Shown: in pieces, positions 1-13,354 of the stretch | Layout of the letters: every line of letters starts with the position of its first letter | How positions within the stretch are numbered: the first letter of the stretch is position 1 | Source: the human T2T-CHM13v2.0 reference genome, Homo sapiens | DNA length: 64,000 bases | NCBI RefSeq assembly: GCF_009914755.1 | Contig: NC_060929.1 | Strand: one strand, 5' to 3' | Notes under the pieces: model-generated | The model's input: the letters and a program-made list of their open reading frames with translations, nothing else | Told to the model about the DNA's origin: nothing | Database searches by the model: none | Position numbers and translations under genes: made by a program

Positions 1-409
1 GTCATTTCACAGTATTGATTCTACCCATTCGTGAACATGGGATGTGTTTCCATTTGTTTGTGTCATCTATGATTTCTTTCAGCGGTGTTTTCTAGTTTTC
101 CTTGTAGAGGTCTTTCACCTCCTTGGTTAGGTATATTCCTAATTATTTTAATTTTTTGCAGCTATTATAAAAGGGGTTGAGTTCTTAATTCAATTCTCAG
201 CTTTGTCATTGTTAGTGTGTAGTAGAGCTACTGATTTGTGTACATTAATTTTGTGTCCTGAAACTTTGCTGAATTCATTTGCCAGTTCATGGAGCTTTTT
301 GGAGGAATCTTCAGAGTTTTCTAGGTATATGACCATATCATCAACCAAAAACGACAGTTCGACTTCCTCTGTACTGATTTGGATGCCCTTTATTTTTTTC
401 TCATCTGAC
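1..409 (-). mobile_element. L1 (L1PB-like) ORF2 fragment, antisense; inverted part of a 5'-inverted L1, continuing left of the window
   Basis: Reverse complement of the L1 ORF2 RT region (e.g. gaacatgggatgtgtttccatttg, ttggatgccctttattt). It abuts a sense L1 segment at ~410. Confidence 0.8.
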
Positions 410-1086
410 TAATATCCAGAATCTACAAGAAACTCAAACAAATCAGCAAGAAAAAAAAACAGTCCCATCAAAAAGTGGGCTAAGGACATGAATAGACAAT
501 TCTCAAAAGAAGATATACAGATGACCAACAAATATATGAAAAATGTTCAACATCACTAATTATCAGGGAAATGCACATCAGAACCACAATGTGATACCAC
601 CTTATCATGCAGGAATGGCCATAATGAAAAAATAAAAAAATAATAGATGTTGGCATGGATGTGGTAAAGAGGGAACACTTTTACAGTTGGTGGGAATGTA
701 AACTAATACAACCACCATGGAAAACAGCGTGGAGATTCCTTAAAGAACTAAAAGTAGATCTACCACTTAATCCAGCAAATCCCACTCTTGGGTATCTACC
801 CAGAGTAAAAGAAGTCATTATACAAAAAAGACACTTGCACACACGTTTATAGCAGTACAATTTGCAACTGCAAAAATATGAACCCAGCTCAAATGCCCAC
901 CAATCGAGTGGATAAAGAAAATGTGACACACACGCACACACACACACACACACATATATATATGGTGGAATATATATATATGAGATGGACTATATATGAT
1001 GGAATATATATATATGAGATGGACTACATATATGATGGAATATATATAGATAGAATATATATATGATAGAATATATATATATGATA

Positions 1087-1135
<49 letters not shown>

Positions 1136-1490
1136 ATGGAATACTACTCAGCCATAAAAAAGAACAAAATAATGGCATTTGCAGCAACCTGGATGGAAGT
1201 AGAGACCATTATTTTAAGTGAAATAACCAAGAATGGAAAATCAGACATTGTATGTTCTCATTCATAAGTGGCAGCTAAGCTATGAGAATGCAAAGGCATA
1301 AGAATAATACAATAGACTTTGGGGATTCATGGGAAAGGGTGGGAGGCAGGTGAGCGATAAAAGACTACACATTGGGTGCACCCTCCACTGTGATGGGTGC
1401 GCCAAAATCTCAGAAATCACCACTAAAGAAATTATTCATGTAACTAAACACCACCTGTTCTCCGAAACACCTATTGAAATTAAAAAAAAT
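410..1490 (+). mobile_element. L1PB1-like 3' end (ORF2 C-terminus, 3' UTR, A-tail)
   Basis: aatatccagaatctacaagaaactcaaac; aaagtgggctaaggacatgaatagaca; 3' UTR gctaagctatgag...gggataaaagactacac...aaatcaccactaaagaa...ctattgaaat, which I recognise as L1PB1-type. Confidence 0.8.
926..1135. repeat. Compound (CA)n/(TA)n microsatellite with ATATATGATGGAAT repeats, inside the L1
   Basis: Directly visible. Confidence 0.95.
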
Positions 1491-1493
1491 GAA

Positions 1494-1825
<332 letters not shown>

Positions 1826-1917
1826 TCATCAAAGTTGGAGGATACAAAATCAACACAAATCAGTTGTGTTTCTATACACTAACAATGAGCAACCCAAAGA
1901 TTAAGATAACAATTTGT

Positions 1918-2226
<309 letters not shown>

Positions 2227-2394
2227 TTATAATAGTATTAAAAAGAATGCAATACCTAGGAATAAATTTAACTAAAAAGGTAAAAGACTTGTTCACTGAA
2301 AATACAAAGCATTGCTGAAAGAAATTAAAGAAGATGTAAATAATTGTAAACACATCTCATGTTCATGGATTGGAAGACTTAATATTGTAAAATG

Positions 2395-2740
<346 letters not shown>

Positions 2741-5700
2741 CTACAGATTCAGTGCAATCCTATTAAAGTCTCAATGGTGTTTTTTGCAGAAATAGAAAAG
2801 CCCATCTTAAAACTCAAGTGGAATCTCAGGAGACCCCCAAATAGCCAAAACAATCTTGAAGAAGAGCTAAAAAGTTGGAGGACTCACACTTCCTGATTTT
2901 AAAACTTAGTACAAAACTACAGTAATCAAAGCAGTGTGACACTGGCATAAAAACAGACACACAGACCAGTGGAGTGGAATAGAGAGCCCAGTAATGAACC
3001 CTCACGTATATGGCTAAGTGATGTTCTACAGGGGTGCCAAGACTATTCACTGGGGAAAAGACAGTCTTTTCAATCAATGGTGCTTAGAAAACTGGATATC
3101 CACATGCAAAAGAATGAAGTAGGACCCTTACCTAAACCCCATTTACAAAAACTCACTCAAAATGGATCAAAGACCTAAATGTCAAAACTAAAATTATAAA
3201 ACTCTTAGAATAAAACATAGACGAAAAGCTTCATGACATCCAATTTGGCAAAGATTTTTTAGATATGACACCAAAAGCACAACCATCAAAAGTGAAAAAT
3301 AGGCTTCATCCAATGTTTTAAAAGGGTACTATTGCATAAAAAGGGCCTTATTGATACAGTATAAAAGCAGCCTTCAAAATGAGGGAAATATTTGCACATT
3401 GTGTATCTCATAAGGGATTAATATCCAGAATGAATGAAAAACTCCAAAAGCTCAACAACAAAAATAACGCAAATCAAAAATGGATAGAAGACTGAACAGG
3501 TATTTCTCCAAAGAAAACATACAAGTGTCCAATAAGCACATGAAGAGATGCTCAACATCATTAATCAGGAGGGAAACACAAATCAAAACCTCAATTAGAT
3601 ACCACCTCCCACCCATTGTGATAGCTTTTAAAGGAAAAACACCATTAAAGGAAAACACCATTAATAGGAAAACACTATTAAAGGAAAAACACCACTGGGA
3701 AACAAGTGCTTGGAACGATGTGGAGAAATTGGGGTCCTCGTGCGTGGTTGGTGATGACGTAAAATGGTGCAGCTGCTGTGGAAACAGTTCTTCAAAAGAG
3801 TGAACACAGAATCACCCTATGATCCAGCAGTTCCACTTCTGGGCACCTACCCAAAAGAATTGAAATCAGGGATTTAAATAGATATTTGTATACCCGTGTT
3901 GATAGCAGCATTATTCACAGCAGACAAAAGGTGGAAACAACCCCAGTGTTCATGGATGGATGAACAAAATGTAGTCTATACACATAATGGAATATTATGC
4001 AACCCTGTGGATGGATGAATGGATAGCAAAATATAGTATGTACACGCAATGGAAGATTATGCAACCCTCAGAAGGAGTGCAGTTCCAACACGTGCCACAT
4101 GTGGCATGGATAGACCTTGAGGATACTGTGCCAATGGATAGGAGCCAGTACTGGAAGGACAAATGTTGGATGATTCCACTTGTATGAAGTAGTCAAACTC
4201 GTCAAGACAGGAAGTGGAATGGTGGGTGCCAGGGGCTCAGGGGCAGGGGAATGGTGAGCTGGTGTTTAATGGGTTCACCGTTTCAGTTTGGGAAGATGGA
4301 AAGTTCTGGAGATGGTGGTGATGGTTACATAACCGTGTGAATGTACTTAATGCCACTGAACTGTACCCCGTAAACATAGTTATGCTGGTGAACTTCACAT
4401 TATATCTGTTTACACACACACACACCCTCCTCCCCACAGTCTCTGACTTCCCTCCTGCTCTGGGCTGTGCCACTGCCTTAACCCGGACCAGTTCCCTTCT
4501 ACAGTGAAGAAACCCTATGCATATTGGAAATAGGGTTTGGAAATAGGTTTTGTCTCATCAAATATTTGATATGTAGAGACCTGTAGACCCCTGTGGGAGG
4601 GCAAAAGGCATGAAAGGCTCCAACACCCTCCCATTTCTGTTTTCTGGAAAAAGTCTAGTGGTGCGATTACAAGGACAAGTCACAACGATTTTTTCAACAG
4701 TCACTTGTGCATTTTACGTCAAATCACCACTTCACAGGAACATGCCCTGGGCACCAATATGGCTGTGCTGGGCAATAGGATCGGGGACGGACTCTGGGGG
4801 CCAGGCTCGGGGAGGCCCTTATGGACCGGCAGGTACCTGTCTCTTCTGGGGTGAAACCTGTGGAGGGGATGGAGGTGGCCCCACCAGGCATCCAGCCCAG
4901 GACACAGCTCCTCAGGCCGCCTCGCAGCGTCTGGGGAGGGTGTCAAGGAGCCGCTTCTTGAACGGCTTGCTCACCGGTGTGAGGAACACGCGCAGACGTT
5001 TCTGAAAACTGGGTGGGCCAATGTCTGTATGGACTGTGGGTCTGGAGTGGAGCAGCTCCAGGGCCCACCCTGACGTCAGACGATTAAATGACCACTTGGA
5101 TTTGCCAGTGGCCCACAGAAGACCCTGGGACCCGCCCCCCACCGGCAGCTAATTGCTTCCCTCTGAAATAGATGAATATTTTCTAGTTTTCTGCATTACA
5201 TTACTTTCATCTGTTCAGGTTATTTTCTGAAATGAGGGTGTAACTTTACATTCTTTAAGTCAAATTTGCCATATCAATGATAGTTCCGTTTTATGCCTCC
5301 TGTTCAGTATATTCTCCCCTTGCGTGAAGTTTGAGCTTAAATTCTGGTAAAAGTTGAGGAACTTGTTTTCACTTCCCTCAGCCACCTAGGGATGCTCATA
5401 CTCGATTTTACATTCCGAGAGTTGAAGCCCAGTAAGATGAAAATGATTAGAAAAAGGCTTTTGAGAATAACCTTTCCCCATCTGCATGTGTGTCTCTTTC
5501 AGTGGCAAATGCCCTTTTAAGTTTTTAGCGCATTTTTATTGCCATTCTGGAAAGCTGGGGTTGTGACTTCCATCTGAGTCCCTGAGGCCAGCATAGTAAA
5601 GCTGAGCTGAGAATGGGCCTCGTGCTTGAGAAAAGGCACCAACACCTAAGGCATGTTTGTTACCAGTGCAAAACATGATTGGTGGGTGGGTTGAACTTGA

Positions 5701-6469
5701 ACTTGGTGTAAGATTCTGCAGAAGCAACTGAAACCCAGGCGGGGCTCTAGGCCCCAAGATGTTTACTGTATTTTAGTTTGTCAGAGCAACATTTGGGGAA
5801 AATAAACACTCAACAGTTAAGTGATCTGTGTGCAGTTTCTAATAGCACAGGAAATGCTAATGAAATCACATTGGGTGAAAATAGTTAAAGTACACAATTG
5901 TAAATGGAGTGGGATCTCAGCTATTTAAAGGGAACAGAGAAAATACTGAAGTGAAATTCACCAGCATCCTGGCACCCGCACCCCTCGCTAAGGAGGCCGA
6001 GGTAGCGCCTGCAGCAGCCGGGAGCCACAGGGAGCACCGGGAGTGCAGAGGAGGGAGCCCCCCATAGGGTGGCCCTGACCAGGGCTGGCAGGGGCAAGTG
6101 TGGACGCCCGGCCCCTTGCCCAGGCTGGGACCACTCTGAGGGACAACTCATCCTTCGGAGCGCCTGGTGGGCTGTGGCTGTGGCCCTCGAGTGGCCTCCT
6201 CTCCCCTGTCCTGCCCACCTACCCCCAGCCTCCAGGAAGAGCTATACAATTGCTTTTTTAACTGACCCCTGAACCAAAGAGCAGCCCGTGTTTTCTAGTC
6301 CTAATGACCTGCTTTATGTTCCAAGGAACAGGACACCCCAGCCCCCGTGAGACCCCTTCCTTGTGGGAGCTCAGTCACTGACCTTCCCCTGAGGGGTGGA
6401 GACCCAGGGCATGGAAGGGCTCAGGACATGGCCGTGCCCACCACTAACCTCCCTCCTCTCTTGTCTCAG

Positions 6470-7703
6470 GCCAGGTACAGGGGTCTGGTCTTCCTGCACC
6501 CAGGCTGGCCGCTGTGCGCCCATGAGAAGGTGGTGGTGCAGCTGGCGTCCCTGCACGGAGTCAGGCTCCAGCCCGGGGACTTCTACCTGCAGGTCACGTC
6601 GGCGGGGAAGCAGTCAGCTAGACTGGTCTTGAAATGCCTGTCCCGGCTGGGAAGAGGCACAGAGGAAGTCACCGTCCCTGAGGCCATGTATGGCTGTGTC
6701 TTCACGGGGGCGTTCCTGGAGTGGGTGAACCGGGAGCGGCGCCATGTCCCCCTGCAAACCTGCTTGCTGACCTCAGGCTTGGCCGTCCACCGAGCCCCGT
6801 GGAGCGACGTCACTGACCCTGTCTTTGTCCCCAGCCCTGGAGCCATCCTGCAGAGCTACTCCAGCTGCACAGGTCCTGAGCGGCTGCCCAGCAGCCCCTC
6901 AGAGGCCCCAGTCCCCACCCAAGCCACAGCAGGCCCCCATTTCCAGGGAAGCGCCTCTTGCCCCGACACCCTGACCTCACCCTGCCGCCGAGGGCATACG
7001 GGCAGCGACCAGCTCAGGCACCTTCCTTATCCAGAAAGAGCCGAGCTGGGAAGCCCCAGGACCCTGTCTGGAAGCTCAGACAGGGACTTCGAAAAGGTCA
7101 GCCCCTCAGAGCAGGGCCCACGGATGCCCCCTGAGAACTGTGGGGGGTCGGGGGAGAGGCCGGACCCCATGGACCAGGAGGACAGACCCAAGGCCCTCAC
7201 CTTCCACACAGACCTGGGCATCCCGAGCAGCAGGAGGCGGCCGCCGGGGGACCCCACTTGTGTGCAGCCTAGACGCTGGTTCAGGGAGTCGTACATGGAA
7301 GCCTTGCGGAACCCCATGCCCCTGGGCAGCTCTGAGGAGGCCCTCGGGGACCTGGCCTGCAGCTCCCTGACTGGAGCCAGCAGGGACCTGGGGACTGGGG
7401 CAGTAGCCAGTGGGACCCAGGAGGAAACCTCTGGCCCCCGGGGAGACCCCCAACAGACCCCAAGTCTAGAGAAGGAGAGGCACACACCCAGCCGGACAGG
7501 TCCAGGAGCTGCAGGGCGGACTCTTCCCAGGAGATCTCGGTCCTGGGAAAGGGCACCCAGAAGCTCCAGAGGGGCCCAGGCTGCAGCCTGCCACACCTCC
7601 CACCACTCAGCAGGCTCCAGGCCTGGGGGCCACCTAGGAGGACAAGCTGTGGGGACCCCAAACTGTGTCCCAGTAGAGGGTCCCGGCTGCACCAAAGAGG
7701 AAG
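6470..7703 (+). CDS. PLEKHG4B: PLEKHG4B coding exon, 1234 nt (window exon 1): conserved N-terminal domain plus disordered linker
   Basis: Branch point CACTAAC at 6442, pyrimidine tract and CAG| acceptor. Reads ARYRGLVFLHPGWPLCAHEKVVVQLASL...PGDFYLQV, an ARHGEF40/PLEKHG4B-type N-terminal motif. Donor AAG|GTAAAT, phase 0-1. Confidence 0.92.
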
Positions 7704-7711
7704 GTAAATGC

Positions 7712-8955
7712 TCCCCACGCCCTCCCCTGCGCACCCCCACAACCTCCCCTACACATCCCACAATCTCCCCCTGCACACCCCACCCCCTTCCCTACAAACC
7801 CCCACAACCTCCCCCTGCACACCACCACAACCTCCCCTGCACACCCCCACCCTCTCCCCTGCACACCCCCACCCCTTCCGCTGCACACCAACCCACTCCC
7901 CTGCACACCCCACCCCCTCCCCTGCACACCCCACAACCTCCCCTGCACACCCCACCCCTTCCGCTGCACACCCCCGCCCTCTCCCCTGCACACCCCCACC
8001 CTCTACCCTGCACACCCCACCCCCTCCCCTGCACACCCCACAACCTCCCCCTGCACACCCCACAACCTCCCCCTGCACACCCCACAACCTCCCCTGCACA
8101 CCCCCACCCCCTCCCCGCACACCCCACAACCTCCCCCTGCACACCCCACCCCCTCCCCTGCACACCCCACAACCTCCCCCTGCACACCCCACCCCCTCCC
8201 CTGCACACCCCACAACCTCCCCCTGCATACCCCACAACCTCCCCTGCACACCCCCACCCCCTCCCCTGCACACCCCCCCTCTCCCCTGCACACCCCCACC
8301 CACTCCCCTGCACACCCCACAACCTCCCCCTGCACACCCCACCCCCTCCCCTGCACACCCCACAACCTCCCCCTGCACACCCCACCCCCTCCCCTGCACA
8401 CCCCACAACCTCCCCCTGCATACCCCACAACCTCCCCTGCACACCCCCACCCCCTCCCCTGCACACCCCCCCTCTCCCCTGCACACCCCCACCCACTCCC
8501 CTGCACACCCCACCCCCTCCCCTGCACACCCCCACCCCCTCCCCGCACACGCACACCCCACCCCCTCCCCACACACTCCCACCCCCTCCCCGCACACCCC
8601 CATCCCCTCCCCTGCACACCCCACCCCCTCCCCTGCACACCCCCACCCCCTCCCCGCACACCCCCATCTCCTCCCCTGCACACCCCACAACCTCCCCTGC
8701 ACACCCCCACCCCCTCCCCGCACACCCCCACCCCCTCCCCTGCACACCCCCACCCCCTCCCCGCACACCCCCATCTCCTCCCCTGCACACCCCACAACCT
8801 CCCCTGCACACCCCCACCCCCTCCCCGCACACCCCCACCCCCTCCCCTGCACACCCCACAACCTCCCCTGCACACCCCCACCCCCTCCCCGCACACCCCC
8901 ACCCCCTCCCCTGCACACCCCACAACCTCCCCCTGCACTGTCCCCCTCCCACCCT
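7712..8955. repeat. C-rich minisatellite (~20-22 bp variant units, core CCCCTGCACACCCC)
   Basis: Directly visible tandem array of ~1.25 kb; source of the Pro/His-rich and Gly-rich ORFs in this interval. Confidence 0.95.
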
Positions 8956-9994
8956 GTCACAGTTTTGTTTGGTCACTTGATCCACAAGAAGCCTGTCTCC
9001 ATGTTCATATTGGCGCTCACGTTCTGGAGACCACAAGTCCAACATCAAGCTGTGGGCAGAGTGTGTTCCCCTCCGAGGACCGGGGGCACCCATCCCGCCT
9101 CTTCCAGCTTCTGGGGCTCCAGGTGTCCCGGGCTGTGGCTGCAGCCCTCTGACCGTCCTCCGTGGCCTCCTCCCCAGTGCTTCTCTGACTCGAATCTCCC
9201 TCTCCTTGCTCTTGGGCACCCATCGCTGGATTCGGGGCCCCTCTAAACCCAGGACGACCTCACATCCAGATCCGTAGACTCAGTTTCCAACTGGAGGCCA
9301 CATTCACAGTTTCCAAGGGTTAGGAGAGAAAATGTGATGATTTAAAAGACTAAGTTTGCAGGACATAAAGTAAGAAAATAATGACAACATATTTCTTAAA
9401 TATTTCATTTTTTTTTTTTTTTTTTTTTGAGTAAAGAAATATCCTGTGAGTAACACAACCAGTGATTTTGGAAAGAAGGAAAAAATGTGAACATACTGAT
9501 GTAGGCTCCAGCAAGTAGGGCCACCCAACCTCGGGAAAGTGACAGGCTGAGCCCTCCTTTCCGTGGGCTCCCCCCGCGGTGCCTGGAGACAGCCACGCCT
9601 GCCCTGCCAACCCCTCCTACCTGCCTGGCCTGACCAGGGGCTCGGAGGCAATGGCACCACAGCCCTTGGAAACAGAAGTGTGGCCCAGCCCATTCCAGCC
9701 ACCTCACGAGAGCCTTTCGCCTTCAAAGTTAGGCTGCTGTGCCTGGAACTTCTGACAGGTCCCGGAGAGTGCCGCACACACACGGGACCTACCGCAGAAA
9801 GAGCTTTGTAACAGAAGTACTCACTTGGGGGCAACACTACCTGAGAGTATTCTGTCGCCTCACTGCAATTCAGCTAAAGTGAAAAGAAGTCCTAACCCCT
9901 CCCCGTGGTTTCCAGCCCCTCACCTTTCCTTTGTATTGATTTTCTTCCCTGTTGTACTGGGCAGAAAAGACACACACAATCTTGCAGCACCCCT

Positions 9995-10440
9995 CGCAGT
10001 CACACACACGCCATAACAACCACACACAGTCACATGCCTCACATGATCACATGCTCGAGTTCCACATACGACACGCACACAGAATCACACAACACACACA
10101 GTCACATGCCTCACACGATACACGCGCGCACAGTCACCAGTCACATGCTTCACACAATCACATGCTCCAGAGTTACACATATCACACACGCAGTCACACC
10201 ACACGCAGACACATGCCTCCAACGATCACACTCCAGAGTTCCAAATACCACACACACAGTCACACACCACACGCAGTCACATGCCTCACACAATCACACT
10301 CCAGAGTTCCACATACCACACACACAATCACACAAACACAGTAACACACCAGTCACATGCCTCACACAATCACACGTGCCAGAGTTACACATACCACACA
10401 TGCACGCGCAGTCACACACCACATGCAGTCACGCATGCTG
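9995..10440. repeat. CA-rich degenerate tandem repeat (CAGTCACATGCCTCACACAATCACA...)
   Basis: Directly visible. Confidence 0.85.
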
Positions 10441-10742
10441 CACTTTGAGCAGATGAGTAGGGATGAGATGACCTGTTCCTCCTGAGGCGTCTGCAGGTAG
10501 TGAGCATGTCTGTGAGCTGGAGACTCCGTCTCCGTGATGACGCCGCGTGTCCGTGATGACGCCGCATGCCCTGTGCAGTGGGACATGCTTTCACTTCCCG
10601 TGTGAACTGGGACAAGTTTTCTCGGAACCCCCTACTTTCATGCGTGTTTTTGTCCCATGGTTCATAGCAAGCTGAGCATAGCAGCTGCTTTCAACGCGCA
10701 GGAAAACCTTCATCTTTGACACGGCCTCTTTCCTTTGTCCAG

Positions 10743-10952
10743 ACGTTCTTGCATCCTCAGCCTGTGTCAGCACAGACGGCGGCAGCCTCCATTGCCACAA
10801 CCCCAGCGGGCCTTCCGATGTGCCTGCCCGGCAGCCACACCCCGAGCAAGAAGGGTGGCCACCCGGCACAGGAGACTTCCCCAGCCAGGTGCCCAAGCAG
10901 GTGCTGGACGTCAGTCAGGAGCTGCTGCAGTCCGGGGTCGTCACCCTCCCAG
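10743..10952 (+). CDS. PLEKHG4B: PLEKHG4B coding exon, 210 nt (start of the Sec14/CRAL-TRIO-like region)
   Basis: tttcctttgtccag| DVLASS...ELLQSGVVTLP |gtgaga, phase 1-1. Confidence 0.92.
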
Positions 10953-11075
10953 GTGAGAGCACATGCCAGGCTCTCCTGTCAGGGCGGATCTGACATCTAA
11001 GCCGACAGCACAGACCCAGCTCACCACCTTGTAGGAGTGAAGCCCTTGGCAGCTGCCCTGTCTCTGTCTCCGCAG

Positions 11076-11199
11076 GGACCCGAGACCGTCATGGCAGAGC
11101 AGTGGTGCAGGTCCGCACCAGGAGCCTGCTCTGGACCAGGGAACACTCGTCCTGTGCTGAGCTGACCCGCCTGCTGCTGTACTTCCATAGCATCCCCAG
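11076..11199 (+). CDS. PLEKHG4B: PLEKHG4B coding exon, 124 nt (Sec14-like)
   Basis: tctccgcag| GTRDRHGRAVV...LLLYFHSIPR |gtggga, matching the Trio/Dbs-type G.RD..G.A motif. Confidence 0.93.
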
Positions 11200-11646
11200 G
11201 TGGGACGGGGGGCAAGGCCGCACCCTGCAGACCCATGGGACCCCAGCTGCATGTGTGTGGCAAAGTGGGGGGCACGGGGAGGTGCCAGCTTCCATGGCCA
11301 GACTCTGCCTCTCCTAACCTCATCTTTCAGAGCAGTCAGCACCCATGTGCTTCCAGCCTTGATTTCTACACACCATTTCTTGCCTTCTCTACACATCCTT
11401 CCCAGTGACACCCACAATTAAACACACCTGGCTACGGGGCAGACAGGGCACACTCACTCTTTGGACCAGGATTCAGCCATCCGTGTGATGTGCAGCTTCT
11501 GCCGGCTTTGAGTCAGGGTTCTCTTATGTCCTTGGCTCACAAGAGTGCTGTAAGATCAGTGTCCAGACACACAACTTAATTAGAATGTCAGTTAATCCTG
11601 GAGTTAGAGCTAAAGAAGTTTCTCAAAGAACAAACACACACACAAA

Positions 11647-11784
11647 TTTTTTTTTTTGAGACAGGGTCTTGCTCTGTCGCCCAGGCTAGAGCACAGTGGT
11701 GCAATCACAGCTCACTGTAGCCTCAATCTCCTGGGCTAAAGCGATCCTCCTCCCGCCTCAGCCTCGCCAGGCTAAATATTTTTT
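11647..11784 (-). mobile_element. Alu right-arm fragment (AluJ-like) with poly(A)
   Basis: tttttgagacagggtcttgctctgtcgcccaggct...gcctcagcctc. Confidence 0.85.
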
Positions 11785-11893
11785 AAGACTAGTCAAGTGT
11801 AGTAGTGAGAAGGGGGAAAGAATAGAATAAGGTGTTTGATCTGTAATGTGTGTGAACAATCAAATGAGATAACTCACTACCTTCAGACCAGCT
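11785..11893 (-). pseudogene. Y RNA (RNY1/hY1-like) retropseudogene
   Basis: Reverse complement reads AGCTGGTCTGAAGGTAGTGAGTTATCTCATTTGATTGTTCAC...TTACAGATC...TTTCCCCCTTCTCACTACTACACTTGACTAGTCTT, a near full-length match to hY1 as I recall it. Confidence 0.9.
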
Positions 11894-12522
11894 GAACACT
11901 AAAATTTTGTAAAATGAATATATCAACTCACCCCACCTACCATTCTCTCCTATTAAATTTTGAACTGAAGTTTCTAATCACAATCACAGAGACAAAGCTT
12001 TTAAATTGGAGTTTTCAAAACCACATGATGGTATTTTTAGTTTTAAAAGATGTTCTAACAGTCTTAGCTTGGCTCTGGATAAGTAAGGACCCTCCTGACT
12101 GATCTCAAGCTTCCATCTTGGGAACAGGCCATCCACATCCCATCAGAATCACCTTCTGTGCTTACGTTAAAGCCCAAATAAATGAGGGCAAGAAGGCCCT
12201 GAAGTCCTTGCTCCCTTGATGGAGCACGGCCCATTTCGTCCATCCAGGAGCATTGGTGGGTGTTTAGGGGAAAGTAGCCCCAGCCCCATGTGCCCAGAGA
12301 CACTGTCTGACATCAGTAGCAGGTTCCACGAGAGGAACAACGTCAGTGCCTCCAGCCGATGGGCCTGCACCTTCGGGAAGTGGAAGGTTGATGTGTATAG
12401 AGAACCCCTAACTTCTAGAGCTGAAAGGAAACCAGTAACAACTAGCCTCAGAGGTGGAGAAACTCGTTCTTGTAAGAGATTTAACCTTCAGTGGTTAAGA
12501 TGGGCTGTCTTTCCCTCCCCAG

Positions 12523-12616
12523 GAAAGAGGTCCGGGACCTGGGGCTGGTTGTCCTGGTGGATGCACGCAGGAGTCCAGCTGCCCCTGCCGTCTCCCAGGC
12601 CCTCTCAGGATTGCAG
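12523..12616 (+). CDS. PLEKHG4B: PLEKHG4B coding exon, 94 nt (Sec14-like)
   Basis: ttccctccccag| KEVRDLGLVVLVDARRS...SGLQ |gtacgg, phase 2-0. Confidence 0.93.
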
Positions 12617-13130
12617 GTACGGCAAGGTTGTCATATCCCTTGGGTGTGCAGAGCATCGTAGGGCCGTGTGTTGCTGGGGCTGCCCACATCGTGGTTCTGG
12701 AGTAGCCAGTCCACAGGCTTAGTGTGAAGATTCGAGATGGGGGCCCCTGTGCAGAGCCACCTCCTTCTTGGGGTCTTCCCAGTGAGTCCAGCTCTTGCTC
12801 TCTGGGGCCAGGCACAGACACTGGGGAAGGTGGGCTTGGCCCATCCGCTGGGGACTTGGGGAAGCTTCATGCTCAGGGCAACTGCAAACCTAAAATGCAA
12901 AGCCAGCCAGGCCCGGGTGGTGGGCACCTGTCCCAGGAGGGCAGCGCAGCCCCATCCCTGCCCAGTGCAGCTGCCCCCGCTATGCCCCTCTGTCAGGATG
13001 GAGAGCACAGCATCACCCTTCAGACAAAGGACAGAGGCAGGAAGGGGCAGCCATAGTTCACTGCAAGGATGAACCAGGGTGGGGACGAACCTGGCAGCCC
13101 CAGACAGGGTCAATGCCATTGCCACAGGTC

Positions 13131-13354
13131 CCTGCAGCCTCGAATTCCCAGGCTCAAGCCATGCTACTGCCTCAGCCTCCAGAGTAGCTAGGACTACAGG
13201 CGCATGCCACCATGCCCGGCTAATTTTTTGTATGTTTACTAGAGATGGGGTTTCGCCACATTGCCTAGGCTGGTCTTGAACTCCTGGACTCAAGCGCACC
13301 CACCTCAGCCTCCCAGAGTGCTGGGCTCACAGGCATGAGCCACTGTGTGTGGCC
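13131..13354 (-). mobile_element. Alu (AluJ-like), partial
   Basis: Antisense Alu motifs gcctcagcctcc...ctaatttt...gagccactgtg. Confidence 0.9.

Noticed and set aside
6347-8980. 877-aa ORF as a single-exon protein
   Set aside because: It is the real 1234-nt exon plus read-through into a stop-free minisatellite; splice signals at 6470 and 7703 fit the downstream exon phase.
7634-9246. Long Gly/Cys/Val-rich and Pro/His-rich ORFs on both strands
   Set aside because: Translations of the C-rich VNTR; no coding evidence.
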